From: the human T2T-CHM13v2.0 reference genome, Homo sapiens | DNA: 64,000 bases | Direction: 5' to 3' (one strand) | NCBI RefSeq assembly: GCF_009914755.1 | Contig: NC_060934.1 | Part shown: positions 63,200 through 64,000 of the stretch, in pieces | Position numbering within the stretch: position 1 is the stretch's first letter | Layout: every line of letters begins with the position of its first letter | Position numbers and translations under genes: made by a program | Notes under the pieces: generated by a model | The model's input: only the letters and a program-made list of their open reading frames with translations | Told to the model about the DNA's origin: nothing | Database searches by the model: none

Positions 63200-64000
63200 T
63201 CTCTCAGGAATCTCACCTCCCTACTAATTGCTTCTCAAAGCATTCTTCCTTTTCTCTCCCCATTCAGATAACCTACCTAGTCCCAAAGCTTTATCTGATC
63301 CTTGCTAGAGGAAGTCTTTTAGTTGGCCTCACCAAAATCCTCTTAAATTCATGGACACAAACCTTAGATTGGCTCTCAGTACTGCTTAGTGACTCTGCCA
63401 AGTTTCTTGACTAGGCTTGTTTTCCTGTTGTCCAAAGTAACCATTTCATACCTTCTATCTCTCCTAACCACCTCCTGCCTCTCACTTCTCTCCTCACCCT
63501 TAACAAATGCTCTCTTCAAAAATCATTTTTTAACAATGAGCCAGGTGCTCAAATGCCCTCAAATTCCCTATGCCAAATGTATAAATCCATTTGAACTCAT
63601 CTTCTTCAATCCTAAAAGCAAATGATCAAATTTCCTAATTCCTATTAAATACCAATTTCTTTACCTGTCCCCTGGATTATTTTACCTCTTTCTTAGGAAT
63701 TTTCTCCTACCTATTCTCTCTTGCATTGCCAGTCTCTCCTTCTCACCTGCATTATTTTCATCAATATACACACTTTATTGTTATTTTCTATTTTGAAGTT
63801 AAAAATAATTCTCCTTTATTTTTACTGAGATATACTATCTTTAGTTACTCACCTCCTGTTGACACTTTTTCTCCTATCATGTTGGTTTCTGCCGTCACCA
63901 TTTAAACAAAAATGCTCTTGTGAAGAGCACCAACAAACTTCATGTGGCTCCATTGTATTGACAGTGCTAACCCACATTTTCACTCAACTCCTCAGAATCA
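63200..64000 (+). mobile_element. Diverged L2 internal fragment
   Basis: Pyrimidine-rich L2-like motifs 'ggtttctgccgtcacca...aaatgctcttgtgaagagcaccaaca'. Confidence 0.5.

Overview
Primate (human-like) intergenic or intronic DNA, AT-rich and dominated by transposable elements. I cannot support any host protein-coding gene; the ORF-track entries are TE remnants or chance ORFs. Main contents: a nested MaLR (THE1/MST) complex at 1-4.1 kb; several old L1s with large internal gaps; an ERV1-like internal fragment; an ancient full-length U6 snRNA/L1 3'-end chimeric retrocopy later split by an LTR; and ERVL gag-pro-RT (minus) and ERVL pol-3' (plus) fragments that may be two halves of one rearranged provirus. 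Also present: a full-length but inactivated L1PA2/3-type element (29.3-35.3 kb) with TSD and truncated ORF0; a multi-level L1-in-L1 nest (40.5-51 kb); nine Alus; a hAT-Tip100 (MER45R/Zaphod-like) element with 8-bp TSD and transposase remnants; MER8, MER58, L2 fragments and microsatellites. I found no convincing new biological system; the interest is in retrotransposition fossils and inferred rearrangements. Subfamily names are from recalled consensus sequences and need RepeatMasker/Dfam confirmation.
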